From Myxococcota bacterium (GTDB lineage: Bacteria; Myxococcota_A; Polyangia; Nannocystales; Nannocystaceae): a stretch of DNA of 64,000 nucleotides. Each line of letters starts with the position of its first letter. Position 1 is the first letter of the stretch. Both the position numbers and the translations under genes were made by a program. A model generated the notes under the pieces. It saw only the letters and a program-made list of their open reading frames with translations. It was not told the origin of the DNA and did not search any database. This document shows, piece by piece, positions 53,626 to 62,420 of this stretch. The stretch spans positions 128,001-192,000 of the forward strand of contig JBCCWC010000001.1 in NCBI GenBank assembly GCA_039194325.1. Direction: 5' to 3'.

Positions 53626-54830
53626 ACGTTGCGCTGCGGGATCACTTCCCCTTGCTCCGGCGTCGGATCGACGACCGCCGCATCATCTACCTCGACAGCG
53701 CCGCCACCTCGCTCAAGCCCGCCTCGGTGCTGGCCGCCGAGCAAGCGTACTCGACCGAGTTCACCGCCAACGTCCACCGCGGCAAGCACACCTTGAGCGA
53801 GGAGGCCTCGCAGGCCTACGAGCACACGCGCCGACGAGTGGCCCGCTTCATCAACGCCGATCCCGATTGCGTAGTGTTCACCGCCAACGCGACCGAGGCG
53901 CTCAACCTCGTCGCGCAAGGGCTACCGCTGCCCCCCACCGCCCGGGTGGTCGCGCCCCGACACGAGCACCACGCCAACCTCGTGCCCTGGTTTCGCACCG
54001 CCGAGGTGATCGTGCTGCCCACCGAGCCCACGATCCCCCTCGATCTGAACCAGCTGGAGGATCTGCTTCGCTCGGCCTCCCCGTCGGTGCTCACCCTCGC
54101 CCATGCCTCGAACGTGACCGGGGTGATCCACCCCGTCGCCGAGATCTGTGCGCTCGCGCGCCGCCTGGGGATCGTGTCCGTCGTCGACGCGGCACAGAGC
54201 GCGCCCCACCTCGCGCTCGACGTGGAGCAGCTGGGCTGTGACTTCCTCGCCTTCAGCGGGCACAAGATGCTGGGGCCCACCGGGGTCGGGGTGCTCTGGG
54301 GGCAGCGGGATCAGCTCACCCGGCTCGACCCGCTCGTGCTCGGGGGAGGCGCCGTCGACCGAGTGACCTCGACCGGGTTCACGCTCAAGGCAGTCCCCCA
54401 CCGATTCGAAACCGGGACCCCCAACATCAGCGGGGTGATCGGGTTGGGACGCGCGATCGATCTGCTCGACGAGATCGGGATGTCGACGGTGACGGCGCAC
54501 GACGCCGTGCTGGCCGCCGCGCTCGAGGAGCAGCTGCGCGACATGCCCGGCGTCGACGTGCTCATGGCCCGTCGCGAGCCCCGGCTGGCGATCGCGACCG
54601 TGGTGCCGCGGACCTCGCGGATCACCCCCGATCACCTGGCGTACTACCTCTCCGAGACCCACAAGATCATGGTGCGCTCGGGGCATCACTGCGCACATCC
54701 GCTGTTCGACTCGATCGGCGCCGAGGCGGGCGGGGTCCGGGCCTCCGCGTATCTCTATAACGAGGTCGAGGAGATCCAGGCCATGGGCGCGGCGCTGCGC
54801 GAGCTGCTCGGTCGAGTCGTAGGGAGATGA
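53622..54830 (+). CDS. SufS/CsdA-type cysteine desulfurase (class V PLP enzyme)
   Basis: YLDSAAT, ANVHRG, EHHAN, SGHKM (PLP Lys), RSGHHCA (catalytic Cys); ATGA overlap with the ligase. Confidence 0.9.
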   Translation: MNVALRDHFPLLRRRIDDRRIIYLDSAATSLKPASVLAAEQAYSTEFTANVHRGKHTLSEEASQAYEHTRRRVARFINADPDCVVFTANATEALNLVAQGLPLPPTARVVAPRHEHHANLVPWFRTAEVIVLPTEPTIPLDLNQLEDLLRSASPSVLTLAHASNVTGVIHPVAEICALARRLGIVSVVDAAQSAPHLALDVEQLGCDFLAFSGHKMLGPTGVGVLWGQRDQLTRLDPLVLGGGAVDRVTSTGFTLKAVPHRFETGTPNISGVIGLGRAIDLLDEIGMSTVTAHDAVLAAALEEQLRDMPGVDVLMARREPRLAIATVVPRTSRITPDHLAYYLSETHKIMVRSGHHCAHPLFDSIGAEAGGVRASAYLYNEVEEIQAMGAALRELLGRVVGR

Positions 54831-54875
54831 GCCCCGGTGAGCTCGGATGAGCCCAGACGAGCTCGGATGAGCTCG
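54826..54875. repeat. Imperfect 10-nt tandem repeat x5 between convergent genes
   Basis: gatgagcccc ggtgagctcg gatgagccca gacgagctcg gatgagctcg. Confidence 0.75.
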
Positions 54876-56249
54876 TCACGCCAGCGGCGCGTCGGCCAGC
54901 AGCACCCGCACCTGAGCGAAGTGGCGGTGGCCCGCGGGCGAGCCGTGGAACCCGTAGCCGCTCTGCTTGGCGCCAACCCACGGCGTGTCCCGAGCACCGG
55001 TCACCGGTCGGTTGATCCCGATCATGCCCACGTCGAGCCGGCGAGCCACCCGCTCGGCCCGTGACCGGTCGCCCCCAAAGACCACCGCGCTCAGGCCGTA
55101 GTCGCCCTCGTTGGCCTTGGCCACCGCGTCGTCTTCACCGTGCACGGTGATGATGTTCGCCACCGGGCCGAAGGTCTCCTCGTGGAAGATCTTCATGCCC
55201 GGAGTGACCCCGCGCAGGATCGTCGGGGGAAAGAACAGGCCCTCGGCCTGCCGGGGGCCTCCCAGCACCACCTCGGCCCCGCGCTCGCATGCGTCGGTCA
55301 CGTGGGCCGCGACGCGATCGAATTGACCCTGGTGGATCAGCGGGCCGAGGTCGACCCCCTCGGTGAGTCCGTGACCCATGCGCAGCCGCTGCGCCCGCTC
55401 GCGCAGCAGCTCGACGAACTTGGCTTCGACCCGTGCATCCACCAGCATGCGCTCCGACGAGACGCAGACCTGGCCCGAGTTGAAGAATGCACTGCGGCAG
55501 GCGAAGTCGGCGGCGGCGGCCAGATCGGCATCGTCGAGCACGATCAGCACGTCTTTGCCCCCCAGCTCCATGATCACCCGGGTCAGCCGCTCGCTCGCGC
55601 TTCGCAGGATGCTCTTGCCCGTCGCCCGCGAGCCGGTGAACGCGACCAGCTGCACCCGAGCGGCGACGAGCGCCTCGCCGACCCCGGGCCCGCCGACCAC
55701 CGAGGTCAGCACCCCGGGCGGCAGGCTCGCCGCCAGCGTTCGCGCGTAGGCATCCCCCACCAGCGGCGTGTTTTCCGACGGCTTGAGCACCACCGTGTTT
55801 CCGGCGCACAGCGCCGGGACCACCATGCAGTGAGCGAGCCACACCGGGAAATTCCAGGGGGCGAGCACGGCACAGACGCCATAGGGATCGTAGACGGTCC
55901 GGGCGACCAGATCGCCTTGGCGACTCGACACCGAACGTAGGGCCTCGGCGGCCGACGTGGCCATCGCGGCGGTGGCCGCCGCCGCTTGCTTCACCTCGCC
56001 GATCGCCACCGGCAGCGGCTTACCCGTCTCGAGGCACGACGTGCGCCCCAGCGTCGCAGCGGCGTCGCCCAGCGCTTCGGCGGCGGTCGTGATGGCCTGC
56101 GCCCGCTCGTCGAGGGTCATGGCCGACCAGCGATCGCCGGCGTTGGCTGATCGCGCCACGACATCGCCGATCGCGTCACGTGGAGTGCACCGCAGCTCGC
56201 CGACCACCTCACCCGAGCAGGGATTTCGGGAAGCGAGCACCTCCGCCAT
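54876..56249 (-). CDS. Aldehyde dehydrogenase
   Basis: PWNFP, KPSE, FTGS, ELGGK, NSGQVC, EETFGP. Confidence 0.93.
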   Translation of the reverse strand: MAEVLASRNPCSGEVVGELRCTPRDAIGDVVARSANAGDRWSAMTLDERAQAITTAAEALGDAAATLGRTSCLETGKPLPVAIGEVKQAAAATAAMATSAAEALRSVSSRQGDLVARTVYDPYGVCAVLAPWNFPVWLAHCMVVPALCAGNTVVLKPSENTPLVGDAYARTLAASLPPGVLTSVVGGPGVGEALVAARVQLVAFTGSRATGKSILRSASERLTRVIMELGGKDVLIVLDDADLAAAADFACRSAFFNSGQVCVSSERMLVDARVEAKFVELLRERAQRLRMGHGLTEGVDLGPLIHQGQFDRVAAHVTDACERGAEVVLGGPRQAEGLFFPPTILRGVTPGMKIFHEETFGPVANIITVHGEDDAVAKANEGDYGLSAVVFGGDRSRAERVARRLDVGMIGINRPVTGARDTPWVGAKQSGYGFHGSPAGHRHFAQVRVLLADAPLA

Positions 56250-56346
56250 CAAAATCGACGGTACCACGCGCTCGCCGACGTTTGACAGCCAAGGTCGCGT
56301 CGTCGAGACTCCAAAGCCCTCGATCGGCCCGAGCAGGAGCGCGCGC

Positions 56347-57069
56347 ATGTCCACCTTCGTTCTCGTTCACGGCGCCTATCTCAGCAGTGCGTACTGGGAT
56401 GACGTCGCCAAGATCCTCCGCTCGAACGGCCACGACGTGTTCGCGCCCTCGCTGACCGGCTCGGGCGAGCGCGCCCACCAGCTGACCCCCTCGGTCAGCC
56501 TGCGTACCCACGTGACCGACATCCGGAGCTTGCTCGAGTATCGCGACCTGAACGACGTGATCCTCGTTGGGCACAGCTACTCCGGCTACGTCGTGACCGG
56601 GGCCGCCCTCGAGGCTCGCGAGCGGGTCGGTCGGCTGGTCTACGCCGACGCGGTGGTGCCCGAGCCGGGCAAGACCTGCGCCGACGTGCTCGGCGACCCC
56701 TTCGGGGGCTTCGTGAACGCGGCCAATAAGAACGGCGACGGCTGGCGGATGCCGCTCATCGAAGGCCTCGACGTGAAGGTCGGGGTCGAGGGCGAGGTCC
56801 GTGCGCGGTTCAACCGGCTCATCACCCCGTTCTCGCTGCTGTGCTTCAAGCAGCGGATCGAGGCGCTGTCGGAGGGGATGGGAGTGCTCGACGAGTTCGC
56901 GCCGGTGTACATCTTCGCCACTAAGGACTATCCCAACAAGGTGCTGATGCAGAGCTCCGCGGATCGGGCCCGGGAGTACGGGTGGACCGTTGAGGAGATC
57001 GACGCCGCGCACATGAGCGCGCTCGAAGTGCCGGCCGTCGTGGCGCAGCGACTGCTGGCGCTGGCGTAA
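56347..57069 (+). CDS. Alpha/beta hydrolase (esterase-like)
   Basis: FVLVHGA, GHSYSG nucleophile elbow, C-terminal His. Confidence 0.88.
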   Translation: MSTFVLVHGAYLSSAYWDDVAKILRSNGHDVFAPSLTGSGERAHQLTPSVSLRTHVTDIRSLLEYRDLNDVILVGHSYSGYVVTGAALEARERVGRLVYADAVVPEPGKTCADVLGDPFGGFVNAANKNGDGWRMPLIEGLDVKVGVEGEVRARFNRLITPFSLLCFKQRIEALSEGMGVLDEFAPVYIFATKDYPNKVLMQSSADRAREYGWTVEEIDAAHMSALEVPAVVAQRLLALA

Positions 57070-57287
57070 GAGGTGGATAAGGAGGGAGCAGTGCGCCCGA
57101 CCAGTCATTCTCTACAACGGCGTATACTCACCTTCCAGAACTAGCGCCAGATTCGTCGTTCGGCATCTTGGCTTCTTGTCAAGCAGAATGAGACAATAGC
57201 CAAATGCCTGGTACTCACAACTGGACAATATTCCAGCGAAAAGCAGGATCAAGCTCTTCGACATACAGAGCTGCTCCCTCTAAATAC

Positions 57288-57542
57288 TCACAAATAGTGC
57301 CGGATACCTAGTCGAATCCGATTAGTAAGGTCGGGATCTACAACCCGTGTGTGCAAGAACCGCTCAAGATAGATTTTTTCAAGCGACTTCATAGCTTCCT
57401 CATAATGATCTTTCAAGCATTGTTTCTTGACCGCTTCCGCTAGCAGCCGACATGTTTCATTAACATCATATCCACGACCTGATGCAGGCACATGTGTCAC
57501 CTCGTCGAACAGAACCTCCAACATTTCTTGATCAATCGCCAT
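57288..57542 (-). CDS. Hypothetical protein, possibly a truncated remnant
   Basis: MAIDQEMLEVLFDEV...; protein-like sequence seems to continue in a shifted frame. Confidence 0.4.
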   Translation of the reverse strand: MAIDQEMLEVLFDEVTHVPASGRGYDVNETCRLLAEAVKKQCLKDHYEEAMKSLEKIYLERFLHTRVVDPDLTNRIRLGIRHYL

Positions 57543-57581
57543 GAGCAGCACAAATGACCAGGCCGAACCTGCAAGTCCACT

Positions 57582-58268
57582 TTACCCGCAGGTCGCCATT
57601 TTAATTATCTCAGACGTCGCCCCCGCTTCGGGTGAACATTCCTCTGCTGCAAACACTCTATCCGTCAATCGTGAAAGTGTAGACCAGATTTCATCGTGAA
57701 TATCACCGATCGAATTTCTGCCATCAAGAACAAAACTGTTAACATCGTCAACATCCAATTTGAGAAAAATATCCCGCGCCAGCGCCAGCTCTTCCTCCTT
57801 CTCGAAGAGATCAGCCGAATCGCCTCGCTCTCGAATACGACGAAGCCCTGTTGCGGGATCCACATCGAGGATAACCAGGACATCAGGAGAGGGTGCGAAC
57901 GAATTTTTCTCAAGAATCTCTTCGGGATTCATCCCTCGAGCGCCTTGATAAGCAACTGTTGAAAAATAGTAGCGGTCGATAAGAACTATCTTTCCTTCTT
58001 GGAGCGCAGGAGCAATCACCTTCTGCACATGCTCACGCCTGTCATTAATAAAGGCAGCAAGCTCTTCATCTATTGTCATGCGTCTGGTCTGAGCAGACTC
58101 CCTAATCTTGCTCCCCCAAAATCCATCCGTCGGCTCCTTCGTCACAACATGAGGAACCCCGCAAGTCGTTAGCCGCTGCTCTAGCAGTCGGATCTGCGTC
58201 GTCTTGCCCGCCCCGTCGATACCCTCCATGGCTAGGAGGACCCCTCGCGTGCTCTTATGCCTGGCCAA
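57582..58268 (-). CDS. tmk: Thymidylate (dTMP) kinase
   Basis: EGIDGAGKTTQ, TKEP, DRYYFS..AYQG, PDVLVILDV; AAGGAGG RBS before TTG. Confidence 0.9.
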   Translation of the reverse strand: MARHKSTRGVLLAMEGIDGAGKTTQIRLLEQRLTTCGVPHVVTKEPTDGFWGSKIRESAQTRRMTIDEELAAFINDRREHVQKVIAPALQEGKIVLIDRYYFSTVAYQGARGMNPEEILEKNSFAPSPDVLVILDVDPATGLRRIRERGDSADLFEKEEELALARDIFLKLDVDDVNSFVLDGRNSIGDIHDEIWSTLSRLTDRVFAAEECSPEAGATSEIIKMATCG

Positions 58269-58584
58269 CGCCCTCCTTGATACAACAATCCCGACAACCG
58301 TGCTTCGTGCCTGAAAAACCGAACAATATTGAATATTTGTTCACTATGCCAAAACGTTTCAAAATCTCTCAGAGAACACGCTAGTGAAAATGCGCGATAT
58401 GCGCAGGTCGCCCAGAGGTGGCATCGTGTCCACGGTGCGCAGATAACACAATCAAGAGCGTGTGGCACGCGCCGTGCGCAAAATCCGCCGCGCTCAAAAG
58501 CGATTTCAAGGTTCCCTTGACGAACGATCTAGTCATTATATCGAGAGTCATGCTTTAGTTCGAGTACAGTACCGGCCCATCAAA

Positions 58585-60552
58585 ATGGAACCCTCACTAC
58601 AGACCCTGTCAGAGCTCATAAAGGCTGCACGTGAAGAAAAAGGTTATACATCGCAGAAAGAGCTCGCACTAGCACTTGATCCTCCGACTAATCGATCTGC
58701 AATCGCGCATTTGGAACAAGCGCGGAGACTTCCACCTGAACGCACACTGAGGTCAATCTGCGAGCACCTAAGTATACCCAGTGCGGCATGGCGACCTCTG
58801 CTAGAGCCAGAAGTTGCAGAACGGGTAAAGTTTGAGAGCGCTTTGTCCGAACTCGTCGGAAAAACGGTATCACTACGACAACACGATCACCACTCATCCA
58901 AAGTCGCTCATAAATGGGTGCTGAACCTATTTGGCACTGGGAACACAAAAGAGCAGCTCTACGACGCATTCTGTTCCGTATTAATATTCTATGGAGTTAA
59001 TAAGCCAAGCAAAGCTTTCTTTCAACACTACCTACCGCCAACAGCATTTCGAACAATTGCAATGTTCGAGAAGCATATTGAGCGCTACCAAGTTGAAGCG
59101 ATTCGGTTGTTTGCATCATTCGAGGAAGCATACCTTACGACTTCTCAAGCTGACGAAAAAGAGCTGGTTAAGATCCGTAAACCGTTACTTCCTCGACCTG
59201 ACGATCAATACAGAGAAAGAACTGAATGGAATGAGATAGAGGAAATACCAGAAAAGAAACTACCCGATCTAGGATACATATCCGCCAGCAGAATCAAGAA
59301 AGAACAAGCTGAGCGCAGATCGCTAAGTCAGTTCTTAGAGCAATTAGCAGAGAAAATTGAAGTAAACGGAAGGTTGGCTGTCGATGAATATCCAGAGAAA
59401 CGCCGCCGAAAAATTGGATCTTTGTTGCGAAAATTCAAATCCCTGCTCGCCCACGATCTATTGTCGCCGCTTTTTGCAGCTGACCCCGATGAGATCCGAC
59501 GTGAAGCTAAACGACTCGCACCAAAAGAAGTAGGAGATCTTCGCCGTATGGAAGAAACTCAAGCAACTGGACAGAGAAATCTATCATGCTACCTTTCCGC
59601 TGATCATCTAGATGTGTATGTCGCCACATCAATGAGATCTGACGCAGATTTCGTATCGGTCAATGCATTTGCCCGTAGTCTTTTCAGCCACGAGTCGATC
59701 AAGCCGCTCAAGCTTCGTTATTTCAACCCCACGCAATCATGGATAGAAGATCGCGTTGCCAAGGGCTTGGTCGAAGCTCTAATGCTCCGCAGAGCTGACT
59801 TTACTATCTACATGGCCCAGAAAAGCGATACTTTTGGAAAAGACTCGGAAGCATCAGTTGCATTAGGGTAAGGGAAACCTGTCATTGTCTATGTCCCACG
59901 ATTGCATGTACCAGAGGTTGATCTCGACTCGGAATTACTAGGACTGATGACACGGGGAGATCTACAGCATCTTGTAGAGAGTGCGGCGAAAGGTGACGAC
60001 GCAGACGTAGATGAAACCACAGATCAACAAGCTCTATTGTCCCAAATTTTGCAGATAAAGCTCTCTTCCGCAAGCGATGACGCTCTCAGAGGCGCAGTTC
60101 GTATACATTGGGCGGACTTCGATTTATATGGGGAAGCATCTCGAATCGAAGATGCACCGCTTAGAGCACAGTATCGGGCGTGGCTTGATACTGTCACGAA
60201 CAACGACGTCTCAGAGCCCGTGCCCGTCGGGATTCGCGACCAACTAGTTGGTATCCTCGTGGCGGTCGCGACCAATTTCGAGAAACGTGCAAAAATTTTC
60301 AGAGAAATACATCCTCTTGCATTGCAGGTAATCCTCAGCACCGGCGTACTAAACGGCATACTAGTTGCAAGATCCCTGGATGCGTGCGCGAACATCCTTG
60401 CATCACTACTGAGAAATGACCTTGACCTAAAGCTAGATCCAGGTGACGACAACTACAGACTGATTGAGAGCAGCACCAGATCGACCATACGTGTCATTTC
60501 AAGACACAAGCTAATCACGAATGCATTCTCAACCTTTTACCAGCGCGGCTAG
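58585..60552 (+). pseudogene. XRE-HTH + nucleoside 2-deoxyribosyltransferase-like protein interrupted by an in-frame TAA (59869-59871)
   Basis: N-terminal HTH (SQKELA..RSAIAHLEQ). VYVATSM...YFNP...RADF...GKDSEASVALG*GKPVIVYVP reads through in one frame into the 59902-60552 ORF. Confidence 0.75.
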
Positions 60553-60611
60553 AGTCTTGACTAGACCACTATTTATGAACCCACCTAATGGAGGAATCGA
60601 AAGAGCCGTTC

Positions 60612-61088
60612 TCAGTCTCCCCACCCAAAGTCGGTGATCGCCACCGAGGCCCGCAGGTTCGCCGCCCCGCTCGCCCGCTTGGAGACCTTCTGTGGCAGCT
60701 CCCCGAGCTGCTCCAAGAGCCCCACCAGGTTCGCCCGAAAATACCCGGCGATGATGAGATCGTCCTGGAGCACGTTCATCGTGATCCCGGTGATCCGCGT
60801 CGGCTTCCCGGTCGGCGCGATCCCCCGCCAGGGCGCGGTATGCCGCCCGTCCTCCGTCCAGCGGTAGGCCACCACGTTCCCCTCGCCGATCATCTCGTGG
60901 ATCGTCAGCGAGAAATCCGTCTGCAGCCGATCCCTCGTGATCGCCTTGATGTACGCATCGAGCCCCAAGACCTCGCCCGGCGCGTGAGCCCGGAAATCCG
61001 GGTGCAGGTATCGGCGAGCCGCCTCGGGGTCGTTGTTCACCCAGACCTCGTCCAGGTAGGCGCGCACGATCTGCTTGGCGTCACTCAT
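60612..61088 (-). CDS. SnoaL-like/ester cyclase family protein
   Basis: HEMIGEGNVVAYRW..GRH....GIAPTGK. Confidence 0.85.
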   Translation of the reverse strand: MSDAKQIVRAYLDEVWVNNDPEAARRYLHPDFRAHAPGEVLGLDAYIKAITRDRLQTDFSLTIHEMIGEGNVVAYRWTEDGRHTAPWRGIAPTGKPTRITGITMNVLQDDLIIAGYFRANLVGLLEQLGELPQKVSKRASGAANLRASVAITDFGWGD

Positions 61089-61122
61089 GAGGACCCAGTC
61101 ATCGTCCAGCGCCGCAAGCTCG

Positions 61123-62292
61123 TCAAGCCCCGCCCTCCGCCATCAGGTCACGTATGAGCCCCGCCGCATCCCCTCGGGCCATGGTCTCCCGCAGCTCAAC
61201 CCGCAGCGCCTCCGCTCGGTGGGGGTAGGGCGACTCCGGCGCCAGCACACGCTCGAGCGCGTCTTGCAGCGAGTCCTCGTCGAGGTCGTCGTAGTCAAGC
61301 GCGATCCCAACACCGCATGCCTCGCACAGCTCGGCCACCTGCGGCTGATCCAGCGCGAGCGGCGTGAGCACCGAGGGGATCCCGTGCGCCAGCGCGCGCC
61401 CGACCGTCCCCCAACCACCGTGGCTGATCATCAGGTCGACCTTGGGCAACAGCAGCGCGTGCGGAACGAAGGGAAGCACGATCAGATCCTCGCTCGCCGG
61501 CACGTCGAGCTCAGCGACCGCGTTGCCGGGGACGCTTATCAACGCCTGCACCTCGAGATCGGCCAGCACGGAGATCGCCACCTCGCGGATGTACGCCCCG
61601 CAGCCCTCGAGGGCCTCCACCGCCACGCTGCTCGTCGACAAGAGCACCGTAGGACGCGCTGGATCCAGCGCGTCGAGCTCGGCCGGTGGCTCGGTCGTCC
61701 CCGGGGGCCGCAGAAAAAGCGGCCCGATGTGTCGCGCCTGCGCCGGAACGAGCGCCGCGTCGAAGCTCGCCGACCACGTGCACAGCACCAACCAAGGCGA
61801 CAAGATCTGCTCGGCGGTCGTCACCGCCGAGGGCGGTAGCCCAAGCTGCCCCCGAAGGGGCACCGACGAGGCCAAGAACTGCGCCCCGGCCCCTCGCACC
61901 GCCGGCGTGTGCTCGGCGGGGGTGGTCGACAGGCTCGCCCACGCCCGTCCCGAGCGCTCGGCGGCCAGCGCTGCGCCCAGGCTGGTCGAGTCGGTGATCA
62001 CGGCCCCCACGTCGTCCCGACGCAGCACCCCGAGCAGATCCGGCGCGAGGCGGTGATCGAGCGCCGCGTACACGGCGGTCACATCTTCGGTAGAGGTCGC
62101 CCGATAGAACGCATCCGCCGCCCCGTCGGTCGGCGCCTCGACGAATTCGCACCCGACGGCCTCGGCCCGCGCTCGGGCCCATGCGTCCGCGTAGAAGATC
62201 ACCGACAGCCCGGCATCGAGCAGCACCTGGGCCAACGCGAGGTGCTCGAAGACATGCCCGGCAAATAAAAAGGACGCGATGACGACCTTCAT
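61123..62292 (-). CDS. GT1-family glycosyltransferase
   Basis: AGH near the N-terminus; FVPH..LL..D..ISHGGWGT....GIP....DQ. Confidence 0.88.
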   Translation of the reverse strand: MKVVIASFLFAGHVFEHLALAQVLLDAGLSVIFYADAWARARAEAVGCEFVEAPTDGAADAFYRATSTEDVTAVYAALDHRLAPDLLGVLRRDDVGAVITDSTSLGAALAAERSGRAWASLSTTPAEHTPAVRGAGAQFLASSVPLRGQLGLPPSAVTTAEQILSPWLVLCTWSASFDAALVPAQARHIGPLFLRPPGTTEPPAELDALDPARPTVLLSTSSVAVEALEGCGAYIREVAISVLADLEVQALISVPGNAVAELDVPASEDLIVLPFVPHALLLPKVDLMISHGGWGTVGRALAHGIPSVLTPLALDQPQVAELCEACGVGIALDYDDLDEDSLQDALERVLAPESPYPHRAEALRVELRETMARGDAAGLIRDLMAEGGA

Positions 62293-62420
62293 CGAGGGGT
62301 CCTCACTCTCACGTTCCAGCATAGTCTCCCACCACGACCCAGCGGAGGACCAGCGGATCTCGGGTTCGGTGGGCAGCAACCCCCCGAGGGTCGGCGTACC
62401 ATGGTAGCGGGCCCTCGGTC

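Larger units (their letters stand above)
57070..60600. mobile_element. Low-GC horizontally acquired island (boundaries approximate)
   Basis: Abrupt shift to A/T-rich sequence and codon usage. No integrase or terminal repeats seen. Confidence 0.65.

Noticed and set aside
53622..54830. Housekeeping sufS of Fe-S assembly
   Set aside because: No sufBCD/sufE/sufU neighbours and it is coupled to the ligase, so the gene symbol was withheld.
59869..59871. Programmed Sec/Pyl readthrough
   Set aside because: The stop is TAA, not TGA or TAG; a nonsense mutation or sequencing error is simpler.
61089..61141. Frameshifted GT1-SnoaL fusion
   Set aside because: The spacer reads as protein-like in the SnoaL frame, but both genes are complete with their own start and stop; no further support.
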